The notes: generated by a model not told the origin, from the sequence alone. A stretch of DNA of 64,000 nucleotides from Hydrogenophilales bacterium (GCA_016703155.1 JADJCP010000004.1:36119-100118); one strand, 5' to 3'. Shown: positions 53,939 through 64,000, counted from the stretch's first letter. Numbers and translations: made by a program.

Positions 53939-54445
53939 GTAAAGCCTTTCCAATAGCATCCAGCCCGTCGAAATGACGGGCAAAACAGGCCTGACCGGTC
54001 GCATCTAGCGAACGGCGGGCGGCGTAACATCGGCGCCAACCGAATGTCACGAGGCCATGGAAAGCGGACTCTGGGGGTTGGGGACGATGGGGCTGTGAAG
54101 ACAGTCCCGAGTTGAAAGCGCGGCCTGAAATTACTTAAGGCTGAGACGCTGACCAAATCGCCCGTCCGGGCGAAAAATCCAACTGCACTGCACAACGAGG
54201 CGCGGATAGTACGCGAAATCAATGGTTTATGCGAGCGTTATTTCGCGCAGGCTGAATCGGCCTGGGCCCATGCGCGATACCTCTGTCGGAGACCGCCATC
54301 CAATGCCCCGACGGGCAGATACTCGCTAGGTTTCGAAAGGAAGGTCATCAGCCTGAGCGGACCGTGAGTCTGCAGCCTGAGTTGGTCTGCAATACAGTGC
54401 TTAGCTGTCTTTCAGCTACAAACGATGGTGAGCGCTGACGTTTTC

Positions 54446-54580
54446 TCATGAGTAACCGAACAGCACCGCAACCCACTTCAAGCGAGATGTTCTTGGCGAT
54501 CCATCATGTGGGATTAGCACATACCGCCAGAACTTCTCCTTGCCGATCTAGGTGGGTTCGAGTTTTTGCTTGTTGGCCAT
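54446..54580 (-). pseudogene. Relic of a DNA methyltransferase N-terminus (Mod-type KLExxWIGK motif) with an in-frame stop
   Basis: The ATG (54578-54580) overlaps the DUF4411 stop (TGATG). It translates MANKQKLEPT*IGKEKFWRYVLIPHDGS..., which resembles the MxxxKLELTWIGKE start typical of N6-adenine Mod/type IIG methylases. It decays after about 45 codons. Confidence 0.35.
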
Positions 54581-55077
54581 CAGAACGCCCAGCCTTGTTG
54601 GTGCATGAATTCTTCCAGGTCAATGCAGGGAATCTTGAAGTGGGCGCAGACGTTGGGGATTTTTGCCGCATTGGGCTTGAGGGTGAGCGGCTTGTCACCG
54701 CGCTGCCAGCCTTCCTCGGTGACCACCGTTGCCCCATTGATCCGGGCGCAGGCGATGACGAAGGGGTCGGCGACGGGCGTGCCCTTGAGCCGCTGCTGAG
54801 CGCCGATCAAGCCCTGGAAGTGCTTGATCTTGAATATCTCGGCCACGAACAGCAGTTCAGGTCCGGTCGGCGTGGTGAATAAAGCCTTGTTGGCCTTTAT
54901 CCATTTCATGATCTCTTCGCTGACCGCCTGGCGCTCCAGTTCGTTGAACACCTCACGGGTGGAGAGGAGTTCCTGCCGGGCGACAAGGTCGTCCAGGCCA
55001 TCCCAGATGCTCTTGAAGACGCGGGGATAGAAATGTTGCAGGGAACGAATGGAACTGGTATCGAAGACATAGCTCAT
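54580..55077 (-). CDS. DUF4411-family PIN-like nuclease
   Basis: 165 aa: MSYVFDTSSIRSLQHFYPRVFKSIWDGLDDLV...ADPFVIACARINGATVVTEE... It overlaps the upstream ImmA gene by 4 nt (ATGA). Confidence 0.6.
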   Translation of the reverse strand: MSYVFDTSSIRSLQHFYPRVFKSIWDGLDDLVARQELLSTREVFNELERQAVSEEIMKWIKANKALFTTPTGPELLFVAEIFKIKHFQGLIGAQQRLKGTPVADPFVIACARINGATVVTEEGWQRGDKPLTLKPNAAKIPNVCAHFKIPCIDLEEFMHQQGWAF

Positions 55078-56246
55078 GCCTCGGCCCCTTGCAGGACGCG
55101 CTCCTCAAATCCGGCATAGCTCTTGGGCTTGATGCCCAACAGATCGGCGGCTCGCTCAAGGCTGATCTGGTGCCGGTAGTGGCGGCTGACTACTTCCTTT
55201 GCGAAACGGTCGCTGATGTAGGCACCCTGGTTGAGATACCAGTTGCCGCCACTGGCCTCCTTTTTCTGGGCGGCCCAATACTTGGCCTTGCCTTCGTAAA
55301 ACGCCTGGCCAACCCGCCCCTGATCGAAAAAGCGGCGCAGGATGGCTTCGCGGCTGACACCATAGCGGTTGGCGAGGGCGGCGAACTGGGCCTCCGTAGC
55401 CTGTTCCACGTTCGCGGGGAACCGCTCGGCCTGGCCCGCGAAATCCTGTGCCGGAATGAGGACTTCAGCGGCGATAGCGTTACAGAACTGCTCAATCTTC
55501 CGCTCATCGCGCGGCAATTGCTCAATGTAGGCGATGTCGAACTTGCTCAAGCCGTTCATGCTCAGGAGCAGATGGGCGAGTTCATGCAGCAGACTGAATA
55601 TCTGCCGGGTCTTCGTGGCACTGTTGTTGATATACACCACCGGCAGATGCGCATCCATCAGGCAAAAGCCGGAGATGTCCTTTTGTTTGAACGCGGCCTT
55701 GAAAACAAAAATGCCGCAATTCTCAATAGCGCTTCGCCAAGCCTTGAGGGCCTGCTCGTCAGTTTTCCACGCGGCCTGCTGTTCAAGCGTGATGCCCAAT
55801 TGTTCGCGAATGGCTTGAGCCTGGGCGGCAAGACCTTTTGACGTGGATAGGGAAATCGCTTTCCAGATATGCCGTTCGGCGGGGTTGTGCCCATCGAACA
55901 GGTCACGCAGGGCAAGCTGGTAGGCGTGGGCGCGGCGAATGTGCAGATAGGTATCGCGCTGAAGGTTCTGCAAGTCCGCATCCGGAAGAGTGCGGAACTC
56001 GCGTTGCGGGAGGTTTTCTTCCGGTGGCGACGGTAAAAAGAAAACCGCCAGCGGACGTTTGTATATCTGGTACGCCAGCTTTTCCAGTTGTGGGTAGGTG
56101 GGCGCGGCGGTCCCGTCTTCCCAAGCCTCGATCTCTTCGGGCTGTCGCTTGAGCATGTCAGCGACATCGGGAACCGTCAGCCCCACCGATTTTCTGGCCC
56201 AGCGAAAGATTTCTGGTTGAATGCCCGTTACGGGCTCATGTTTCAT
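55074..56246 (-). CDS. Xre-type HTH fused to an ImmA/IrrE (COG2856) zinc metallopeptidase
   Basis: From ATG 56246: MKHEPVTGIQPEIFRWARKSVGLTVPDVADMLKRQPEEIEAWEDGTAAPTYPQLEKLA (HTH). HEXXH motif in SLLHELAHLLL. About 390 aa. Confidence 0.75.
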   Translation of the reverse strand: MKHEPVTGIQPEIFRWARKSVGLTVPDVADMLKRQPEEIEAWEDGTAAPTYPQLEKLAYQIYKRPLAVFFLPSPPEENLPQREFRTLPDADLQNLQRDTYLHIRRAHAYQLALRDLFDGHNPAERHIWKAISLSTSKGLAAQAQAIREQLGITLEQQAAWKTDEQALKAWRSAIENCGIFVFKAAFKQKDISGFCLMDAHLPVVYINNSATKTRQIFSLLHELAHLLLSMNGLSKFDIAYIEQLPRDERKIEQFCNAIAAEVLIPAQDFAGQAERFPANVEQATEAQFAALANRYGVSREAILRRFFDQGRVGQAFYEGKAKYWAAQKKEASGGNWYLNQGAYISDRFAKEVVSRHYRHQISLERAADLLGIKPKSYAGFEERVLQGAEA

Positions 56247-56440
56247 TTTTTCCGCACCCTCCCAACCAAGGTGTGACTGCATTCCTTGAACACCCTGCTG
56301 CGCATCATGTCACGCTCCTTACAGTGGCCCGATTTTATCGCACCACGACATGGCGGAATACCGAGGCCATTTGCCACAGCTACGCCCACTTCCTCATGAT
56401 TCCAGACTTCAGGCTCATTATAAGAGCCTCAAGCTTAAGG

Positions 56441-56500
56441 TTACTTCTGCTTGCCGATCCAGGAAAGTTTGGTTTCTTGATAATTGTTTGGTCCGGTCAC
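56441..56500 (-). pseudogene. Second relic of a methyltransferase N-terminus (19-codon mini-ORF)
   Basis: GTG 56500: MTGPNNYQETKLSWIGKQK*. The core cctggatcggcaagcagaagt matches 19 of 21 nt of the relic at 54531-54551. Confidence 0.3.
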
Positions 56501-56750
56501 GCGCCTAGTGGCGGCACCTGTTGGTGCTGTTGGAAATCTTGTTCAGTCAGTCGACTATGTCCAGGGAAATATCAAATTTGCTAAACGCGGGTGGCTGGTA
56601 ACTTCACCTTACTAGCCATTCGTTCCGCATAGAGCCAATGGCCGTTCAGGCCGAACAGCCGGCGCTACATCTATCCCTGAATCGACACCGTCACAGCCCA
56701 TCATGGCGAACTGAATTCGCCTACCCACTCACAGTCCGAGGCCGATTCGG

Positions 56751-56933
56751 TTATGCACGCAGGCTGTCATTCGCAAGCCAGGCCCGGTTGCGCCGCTGGC
56801 CGGTGATCTCGCCCAAGACGCCGATGTCGACCAGATCGTCGATGGTGCTCCGGGCGGTGCGGAAATTCACTCTGAGCCGGTTCTGAAACCGGGGCACGGT
56901 GGTGACGCGTAGTGCTGTATCGCAGAAATCAGC
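56751..56933 (-). pseudogene. C-terminal relic of a Fic-family-type protein (winged-helix tail), with no start codon
   Basis: A stop-to-stop frame of 60 codons reads ...RVTTVPRFQNRLRVNFRTARSTIDDLVDIGVLGEITGQRRNRAWLANDSLRA*. The xTAxxxIxxLxxxGILxEITGxxRNRxx tail is what I recall from Fic-family C-termini. Confidence 0.4.
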
Positions 56934-56971
56934 CTATAAGCGCAATACGCCCCATACGTGTTGCACTGTAT

Positions 56972-57007
56972 AAAAAGAAAAGGCCGCAAACTTGAGTTGC
57001 GGCCTTT
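56972..57007 (-). terminator. Rho-independent terminator after ahcY
   Basis: The minus strand reads aaggccgcaa-ctcaagt-ttgcggcctt followed by ttcttttt. Confidence 0.85.
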
Positions 57008-57046
57008 CGTATTTCAGCCAGCTTTATCAGCCGGCGGGAGCGCCGC

Positions 57047-58447
<1,401 letters not shown>

Positions 58448-58464
58448 TCAAAACTCCTAAATAA

Positions 58465-58545
58465 AATGAACGGGCGCGGTTGAAACAAGAGCCCTGTCCG
58501 AGCCTGGCCTGCCTCGAAGGCAGGTCGCAGCGCCCCTCGGACGGG
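58465..58545 (-). ncRNA. SAH (S-adenosylhomocysteine) riboswitch in the ahcY leader
   Basis: The minus strand reads ccgaggggcgcugcgac-cugccuucgaggcagg-ccaggcucgg-acag...aaccgcgcccg. This matches the remembered consensus GAGGAGCGCUGCGAC...CAGGCUCGG...AACGGCGCUC. The pseudoknot partners co-vary (GGGCGC / GCGCCC). Confidence 0.75.
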
Positions 58546-58617
58546 GGTGAAAAATCTTCGCGACCCGGAGGTCGCTCCTACAAAGTGGCGTCGTGGCGCC
58601 CCTTGAAGGGGATAATC

Positions 58618-58647
58618 ACAGGCCGGCATCCGCGCGTAGCACGTCTG
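58618..58647. repeat. 30-nt exact copy of the metK 3' end
   Basis: acaggccggcatccgcgcgtagcacgtctg is identical to 58748-58777 (last 10 codons of metK plus part of the stop). Here it ends in TGA instead of TAA. Confidence 0.9.
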
Positions 58648-58745
58648 TCGGGTGCTTTGTCTTCGGCCGGCGCGCTGCGCCTTAACATTCGCTGTGCTCA
58701 TGTTAGCCTGCGACGAAGCCCCAACAAAGCCTTGCGGGCTTGGCC

Positions 58746-59936
58746 TTACAGGCCGGCATCCGCGCGTAGCACGTCTGCCTTGTTGGTGCTTTCCCAGGTG
58801 AACTCCGGTTCGTCGCGGCCGAAGTGGCCGTAGGCGGCGGTCTTCTGGTAGATCGGCCGGAGCAGGTCGAGCATCTGGACGATGCCCTTCGGACGCAGGT
58901 CGAAGTGGGCGCGCACCAGTTCGGTGAGACGCTCGTTGGAGAGTTTTCCGGTGCCGTAGGTTTCGACCATGATCGAGGTCGGCTGGGCAACGCCGATGGC
59001 GTAGCTGACCTGCACCAGGCACTTGCTGGCCAGGCCGGCGGCGACGATGTTCTTGGCGACATAGCGCGCGGCATAGGCGGCGGAACGGTCGACCTTGGAC
59101 GGGTCCTTGCCCGAGAAGGCGCCCCCGCCGTGCGGCGCGGCGCCACCGTAGGTGTCGACGATGATCTTGCGACCGGTGAGGCCGGCGTCGCCGTGCGGGC
59201 CGCCGATCTCGAAGACGCCGGTGGGGTTGACCAGATACTTGATGTCGCCCTTGATGAGTTCCTTGGGCAGGACCGGCTGGATGATGTCCTCGATGATGGC
59301 GTCGATGGCCGACTGCTTCATGCGCTTGCCACCCTCGAAGTCTTCGGCCATGTCCGGGGTGTGCTGGGTGGACAGCACCACGGTGTCGATGCTGAAGGGC
59401 TTGTTGTCGACGTATTTCAGGGTGACCTGGGACTTGGCGTCCGGACGCAGCCAGGGTAGTCGGCCGTCCTTCCGCAGCATCGCCTGACGCTCGACCAGGC
59501 GATGCGACAGGTAGATCGGCATGGGCATCAGCGACGGGGTTTCGTCGCAGGCGTAACCGAACATCAGGCCCTGGTCGCCGGCGCCCTGGTTCAGGTAGTC
59601 GTCCGAGGCGCGGTTCACACCTTGGGCAATGTCCGGACTCTGCTGGCCGTAGCAGACGTGCACCGAGCAGCCGTCGGCGTCGAAGCGCAGTTCGGGGTCG
59701 GCATAACCGATGCTGCGTATGGCCTCGCGTGCCACCTTGGCATAGTTGACGTGGGCATGGGTGGTGATCTCGCCCGCCAGGACGACCAGCCCTGTGCTGA
59801 CCAGGGTTTCGGCCGCAACGCGGGCCATGGGGTCCTGGGTCAGGATGGCATCGAGGATGGCATCGGAGATCTGGTCGGCGACCTTGTCGGGATGACCTTC
59901 CGACACCGATTCGGAGGTAAATAGATATTCAGACAT
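58746..59936 (-). CDS. metK: S-adenosylmethionine synthase
   Basis: From ATG 59936: [29 protein letters not shown]...[12 protein letters not shown]...[19 protein letters not shown]... Confidence 0.95.
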   Translation of the reverse strand: MSEYLFTSESVSEGHPDKVADQISDAILDAILTQDPMARVAAETLVSTGLVVLAGEITTHAHVNYAKVAREAIRSIGYADPELRFDADGCSVHVCYGQQSPDIAQGVNRASDDYLNQGAGDQGLMFGYACDETPSLMPMPIYLSHRLVERQAMLRKDGRLPWLRPDAKSQVTLKYVDNKPFSIDTVVLSTQHTPDMAEDFEGGKRMKQSAIDAIIEDIIQPVLPKELIKGDIKYLVNPTGVFEIGGPHGDAGLTGRKIIVDTYGGAAPHGGGAFSGKDPSKVDRSAAYAARYVAKNIVAAGLASKCLVQVSYAIGVAQPTSIMVETYGTGKLSNERLTELVRAHFDLRPKGIVQMLDLLRPIYQKTAAYGHFGRDEPEFTWESTNKADVLRADAGL

Positions 59937-60119
59937 GTACTGCTCCAAAATAAATGGCCCGTCTTCGTCGGCGTTACCGACTCCGGGCCAAGAGCAGGCG
60001 ACGCTTTAGCAGAATTTTTGGGAGCCGGGCTCCGACCGCCCTGCAAGTTGTCCGTTAACTCGGCGGTTTCGGCATACTATGCAATTGTTTATTCAGGGTC
60101 AATCGGGCCGAAGTACCGT

Positions 60120-60965
60120 ATGTTGATTGTTTTACGCCTCTTGTCCGCCCTGCCGTTGCCCGTGCTGCATGCCCTGGGCTGGCTGCTCGGCGTACTCGTC
60201 TTTCCCTGGCGCCGTCGCGCCGACGACGTTGTGGAAAACCTCCGGCAAGCCGGTCTGGATCGCCCGGGAATGGTGCGGTGCGCCAACGTCGGCATCGGCA
60301 AGGGTTTGCTGGAATCCCTGGCTATCTGGCTGCGTCCCTTTCCCAAGGCCATGGCCCTGGTCAGGGAGGTGCGCGGCTGGGAGCATGTCGAGGCGGCGCG
60401 TGCCGCCGGCAAGGGCATCATCGCCCTGGAGCCGCACCTGGGCAACTGGGAACTGGGCGGCCTCTATCTGGGCCAGTTTGTCCCGATCACCTTTCTTTAC
60501 CGCCCGGCACGCCAGGCCTGGGCGGATACCTTGACGCGCCAGGGCCGCGAGCGCGGTGGCGTGCGCCTGGCGACACCCGACATGAAGGGCGTGCGCGCCA
60601 TGTTGCAGTCCCTGAAGCGTGGCGAAGGCGTCGGCGTCCTGCCGGATCAGGTGGCGAGCAAGGGCGATGGCGTCTGGGCCGATTTCTTTGGACGTCCGGC
60701 GTATACGCCGACGCTGACCTTCCGGCTGATGCAGTCGACGGGGGCGGTCCCCTTGATCCTGTTCTGCGAACGGCTGGCCTGGGGGCGCGGCTTCCGGTTG
60801 CATGTCATGCCCGCTCCGGCATTCTCCGCCGACCCGGCCGAGGCCGCCGGCCAGCTCAATGGCGCCATCGAAGAGCTGATCCGGCAATACCCCGATCAGT
60901 ATCTCTGGACCTATCGGCGTTACAAACGCCCGCATGGCGCGCCGCCGCCCGAGGCCGCGCCGTGA
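60120..60965 (+). CDS. Lipid A biosynthesis (Kdo)2-lipid IVA acyltransferase family protein (LpxL/LpxM-type), copy 1
   Basis: From ATG 60120: MLIVLRLLSALPLPVLHALGWLLGVLVF...IIALEPHLGNWELGG (HX4-type acyltransferase motif)...PDQYLWTYRRYK. Confidence 0.75.
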   Translation: MLIVLRLLSALPLPVLHALGWLLGVLVFPWRRRADDVVENLRQAGLDRPGMVRCANVGIGKGLLESLAIWLRPFPKAMALVREVRGWEHVEAARAAGKGIIALEPHLGNWELGGLYLGQFVPITFLYRPARQAWADTLTRQGRERGGVRLATPDMKGVRAMLQSLKRGEGVGVLPDQVASKGDGVWADFFGRPAYTPTLTFRLMQSTGAVPLILFCERLAWGRGFRLHVMPAPAFSADPAEAAGQLNGAIEELIRQYPDQYLWTYRRYKRPHGAPPPEAAP

Positions 60966-61834
60966 CCTGGCTCTGGATCGGTGTTCTGCGCCTGCTGCAC
61001 GCGCTGCTGCCGATCGGCGGTCTGGCGCGGGTGGGCGAAGCCTTGGGCAGCCTGCTTTTCGTGGTCGCCCGGGAACGCCGCCATGTCGTCCTGACCAACC
61101 TGCGTCTCTGCTTCCCAGACATGGCCGAGGCACAGCGCGCCACCCTGGCGCGTGCCCATGTGCGCGCCTTCGGCCGCTCCATCCTTCTGGAGACGGTGTC
61201 CTGGTGGGGCACCGCGGAGGAACTGGAGCGATTGGTCGAGGTGCGTGGCGCGGAGATCCTGAAAACTCACGCCGACAAGCCGCAAATTCTGCTGGTGCCG
61301 CATTTCGTCGGCATCAATACCGGCGGGGTGCGCATCATCCAGATGCCGATCCATCTGGTGAACATCTATTCCCCGGTGAAGAATCCAGCCATCGAGCGCC
61401 TGGTCGAGCACTCGCGCCACCGTTTCGGCAGAATCCTGCTCTATAACCGCCATGAGGGCGTCAAGCCGGTGATCCGGGCACTGAAGCAGGGGCACCCCTT
61501 CCATTATTCGCCCGACCTGGACTACGGTCGCAAGGATGCCGTTTTCGTGCCGTTTTTCGGTGTGCCCGCGGCGACCATCACCGGCCTGTCGCGCATCGCC
61601 CGTGCCACCGGCGCCGTGGTGATTCCGGCGCTCACGCTCTGGGAAAATGGCCGCTATGTCCTGCGTTTCCACCCCGCCTGGGACGATTTTCCGACGCACG
61701 ATGTCGAGGCCGATACCCGGCGCATGAATGCCTGGCTGGAGGCGCGCATACGCGAGGCCCCGGAGCAATATTTCTGGGTGCACCGACGTTTCAAGACCCG
61801 CCCGGAGGGCGAGAAGGGGGTCTACGATGCTTGA
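60962..61834 (+). CDS. Lipid A biosynthesis acyltransferase family protein (LpxL/LpxM-type), copy 2
   Basis: The GTG 60962 overlaps the upstream stop (GTGA): VTWLWIGVLRLLHALLPIGGLARVGEALG...ILLVPHFVGINTGG...PEQYFWVHRRFK. It is the real part of track ORF 60278..61834. Confidence 0.75.
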   Translation: MTWLWIGVLRLLHALLPIGGLARVGEALGSLLFVVARERRHVVLTNLRLCFPDMAEAQRATLARAHVRAFGRSILLETVSWWGTAEELERLVEVRGAEILKTHADKPQILLVPHFVGINTGGVRIIQMPIHLVNIYSPVKNPAIERLVEHSRHRFGRILLYNRHEGVKPVIRALKQGHPFHYSPDLDYGRKDAVFVPFFGVPAATITGLSRIARATGAVVIPALTLWENGRYVLRFHPAWDDFPTHDVEADTRRMNAWLEARIREAPEQYFWVHRRFKTRPEGEKGVYDA

Positions 61835-62324
61835 AATCGTGTGCGGCCGGTTGCGCGACAGCGAGGTCGAACCCCTGATCGAGCTGGCCGGACAAATCTG
61901 GCGCAAGCACTACCCGGCGATCATCAGCCTGGCGCAGATCGACTACATGCTCGCCGAGCGTTACAAGGCCGGCTTGATCCGGCAATTGATGGCGCGCGGC
62001 GATCTCTGGCTGGCGGCGCGCGCCGACCAGGAGCTGGTGGGCTTCGCGCACGCCCACCCCTTGCAGGATGGCGACTACAAGCTGGACAAACTCTATGTTC
62101 ATGACGACTGGCAACGCCACGGCATCGGCGGCCGGCTGATCGAAAACGTCGCGCGCCACGCCCGCGAACATGGCGCCGCACGCCTCCTGCTCAGGGTCAA
62201 CCGGCAGAACCACGCCGCCATCCAGGCCTATCTGAAACACGGCTTCCGGGTGGCGACGCTGATTGTCGAGGATATCGGCAACGGATATATCATGGACGAC
62301 TATGTGATGACCAAGGAGATCTGA
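61827..62324 (+). CDS. GNAT-family N-acetyltransferase
   Basis: From ATG 61827: MLEIVCGRLRDSEVEPLIELAG...LYVHDDWQRHGIGGRLIENV (acetyl-CoA motif A)... Confidence 0.75.
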   Translation: MLEIVCGRLRDSEVEPLIELAGQIWRKHYPAIISLAQIDYMLAERYKAGLIRQLMARGDLWLAARADQELVGFAHAHPLQDGDYKLDKLYVHDDWQRHGIGGRLIENVARHAREHGAARLLLRVNRQNHAAIQAYLKHGFRVATLIVEDIGNGYIMDDYVMTKEI

Positions 62325-62738
62325 ATGGCCTTTGCCAACCCCGGCGCCGACGAAATACGTGGCCTGCTTGAGCGCGTCAAGACCATCGCCGTCGTCGGCC
62401 TTTCGCCGAAATCCGACCGGCCGAGCCATGGCGTCGCCAAGGCCTTGCAACGTTGGGGCTACAGGATCGTCCCGGTACGCCCGGCCACCGCCGAGGTGCT
62501 GGGCGAAAAGGCCTATGCCAGCCTCAAGGACATCCCCTTCCCGGTCGATCTGGTCGATGTCTTCCGCGCCGCCGAGCACATCCCCGAGGTGGTCGAGGAA
62601 TGTCTGGCCATCGGCGCGCCGGCCCTCTGGATACAGGAAGACATCGTCAACGAGCCTGCCGCCGAAAAGGCGCGCGCCGCCGGCATGACCGTGGTGATGG
62701 ACCGTTGCATCTACAAGGATTATGTGGCGTTGATGTGA
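62325..62738 (+). CDS. CoA-binding domain protein (YccU-like)
   Basis: 137 aa: ...[36 protein letters not shown]...VDLVDVFR... Confidence 0.75.
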   Translation: MAFANPGADEIRGLLERVKTIAVVGLSPKSDRPSHGVAKALQRWGYRIVPVRPATAEVLGEKAYASLKDIPFPVDLVDVFRAAEHIPEVVEECLAIGAPALWIQEDIVNEPAAEKARAAGMTVVMDRCIYKDYVALM

Positions 62739-63580
62739 TGGGCACCCGACTGCGTTTCACCAAGATGCACGGCCTGGGCAACGATTTCGTTGTCTTCGAC
62801 GGCGTGCGCCAGGCGGTCGAATTGACGCCGGCGCAATTCCGCTTTGTCGCCGACCGCCACTTCGGCGTCGGCTGCGATCAGATATTGCTGGTGCAGCCTG
62901 CCGCCAGCCCGGATGTCGATTTCCGCTACCGCATCTTCAACGCCGACGGCGGCGAGGTGCAGCAGTGCGGCAATGGCGCCCGTTGTTTCGTGCGCTATGT
63001 CCACGACAAGGGCCTGACGACGAAGCGCGAGATTCGCGTCGAGACCGCCTCGGGTGTCATCGTCCCGCGCCTGGAGGCGGATGGCCAGATCACCGTCGAC
63101 ATGGGGCCGCCGCGCTTCGAGCCGGCCGAGATTCCGTTTGTCGCACCCGAACGCGCAAGCACCTATGTGCTCGACATCGGTCAGCCCGTGGAAATCGCCG
63201 CCCTGTCCATGGGCAACCCGCATGCCGTGCTGGAAACCTGCAACATCGATACGGCGCCGGTGGCCGAGTGGGGGCCGCTCATCGAGCATCACCCGCGTTT
63301 TCCCCAGCGGGTGAATGTGGGCTTCATGCAGCTGGTGCATCGCCGGGCCATCAAGTTGCGTGTCCACGAGCGCGGCAGCGGCGAAACCCTGGCCTGCGGC
63401 ACGGGGGCGTGCGCCGCCGCCGTGGCCGGCATGGCGCGCGGCCTGCTCGATGCCGAGGTGCAGGTGCAAACCCGGGGCGGAGCGCTTACCATTCGCTGGG
63501 CCGGCCCCGGCGCGTCGGTATTCATGACCGGGCCGGCGGCGACGGTATTCGAAGGCGAGATGGAGATTCCCGATTTATGA
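62738..63580 (+). CDS. dapF: Diaminopimelate epimerase
   Basis: From ATG 62738: [22 protein letters not shown]...QCGNGARCF...SMGNPHAV...[18 protein letters not shown]. Confidence 0.93.
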   Translation: MGTRLRFTKMHGLGNDFVVFDGVRQAVELTPAQFRFVADRHFGVGCDQILLVQPAASPDVDFRYRIFNADGGEVQQCGNGARCFVRYVHDKGLTTKREIRVETASGVIVPRLEADGQITVDMGPPRFEPAEIPFVAPERASTYVLDIGQPVEIAALSMGNPHAVLETCNIDTAPVAEWGPLIEHHPRFPQRVNVGFMQLVHRRAIKLRVHERGSGETLACGTGACAAAVAGMARGLLDAEVQVQTRGGALTIRWAGPGASVFMTGPAATVFEGEMEIPDL

Positions 63581-64000
63581 ACATGGACATCATCAGTCAC
63601 GATCAGGTGGCGCAATTCCTGAAGGACAATCCTGACTTCTTCAGCCTCCACGGCGATCTGCTGACCCAGATCAGCGTGCCGCATCCCTACAGCGGCCAGG
63701 CCATCTCCATCGGCGAGCGCCAGGTCATGGTGCTGCGCGACCGGGCGCAGGGCCTGGAAGGCAAGCTGAAGGAGTTCATCCAGTTCGCCGAGGAAAACGA
63801 CGCGATCGGCGAGAAGATGCATCGCCTCTCGCTGGGGCTGATGCGCGGCAAGACGCTGTCGTCGACTCTGGAGACGTTGTACCTCGCGCTTGGCGAAGAC
63901 TTCGCCATCCCGCACGTCGCGATTCGTTTCTGGGGTGTCGGCGCGCAGGCTCTGGACGAGTACGCCGCGGTGAGCGAGGACATCAAGGTGCTGTCCGCCG
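63577..64000 (+). CDS. DUF484-family protein (the usual dapF-xerC intervening gene), 3' end outside the window
   Basis: The ATG overlaps the dapF stop (ATGA): [56 protein letters not shown]... It is not in the ORF track because it leaves the window. Confidence 0.65.
   Translation, partial: MNMDIISHDQVAQFLKDNPDFFSLHGDLLTQISVPHPYSGQAISIGERQVMVLRDRAQGLEGKLKEFIQFAEENDAIGEKMHRLSLGLMRGKTLSSTLETLYLALGEDFAIPHVAIRFWGVGAQALDEYAAVSEDIKVLSA

Noticed and set aside
59937-60119. A SAM-II/SAM-V-like riboswitch upstream of metK (hairpin ggagcccggctcc followed by caaaaattctgctaaagcg)
   Set aside because: The GCUAAAG tail is reminiscent. However, the hairpin loop is only 2 nt, so the required loop-tail pseudoknot cannot form, and the U-rich 5' strand is missing. 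A cmsearch with RF00521/RF01826 would be needed to revive this.

Overview
This is a 64-kb, visibly GC-rich proteobacterial chromosome segment. Gene content and order (mreBC beside gatCAB; dsbA-SPOR-argS-priA; hemE; CIRCE-controlled groESL; metK-SAH riboswitch-ahcY; two lipid A acyltransferases-dapF-DUF484) look beta-proteobacterial to me, but taxonomy cannot be proven from the window alone. About 60 protein genes are supportable. I recognised no rRNA, tRNA or CRISPR array. The housekeeping backbone is interrupted by five accessory regions. (1) A REPtron: a RAYT transposase flanked by GTAG-headed REP doublets, with more REP copies elsewhere. (2) An AbrB/PIN toxin-antitoxin pair wedged between xthA and ampG. 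(3) An ~8.5-kb AT-richer surface-modification island. It holds a radical SAM/SPASM enzyme, two methyltransferases, three glycosyltransferases (one a TPR-GT9 fusion), a sigma54-type promoter and a type IVa pilin. It is bracketed by inverted copies of a ~90-115-nt palindromic repeat and contains a 118-bp MITE-like element with perfect 18-bp terminal inverted repeats and a CTAT duplication. (4) An alpha-glucan uptake locus: a GH13 amylase, an ABC importer with an unusually extended MalF-like permease, and a 591-aa outer-membrane barrel. Three secreted glucodextranase-C-like paralogs belong to it: one inside the operon between the MalG-like permease and the barrel, and two SHOCT-fused copies downstream. 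(5) A decayed accessory patch between rhlE and ahcY, with an intact Xre/ImmA-DUF4411 (PIN-like) pair flanked by two relics of a methyltransferase N-terminus, plus a Fic-type C-terminal relic. Other notable points are a three-box DnaA cluster beside a very AT-rich tract upstream of priA, a protein with an IPTL-CTERM-like sorting signal in mid-chain, a 30-nt copy of the metK 3' end 130 bp downstream of metK, and an in-frame loss of ~85 conserved codons in gatB. There are also at least eight single-nucleotide frame breaks, mostly at short base runs, in otherwise intact genes (mreB, gatA twice, ampG, dsbA, ABC ATPase, aldo/keto reductase, GIY-YIG). That pattern suggests draft-quality sequence rather than mass pseudogenisation. 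Many long ORFs in the supplied track are antisense shadows of real GC-rich genes and were not annotated.
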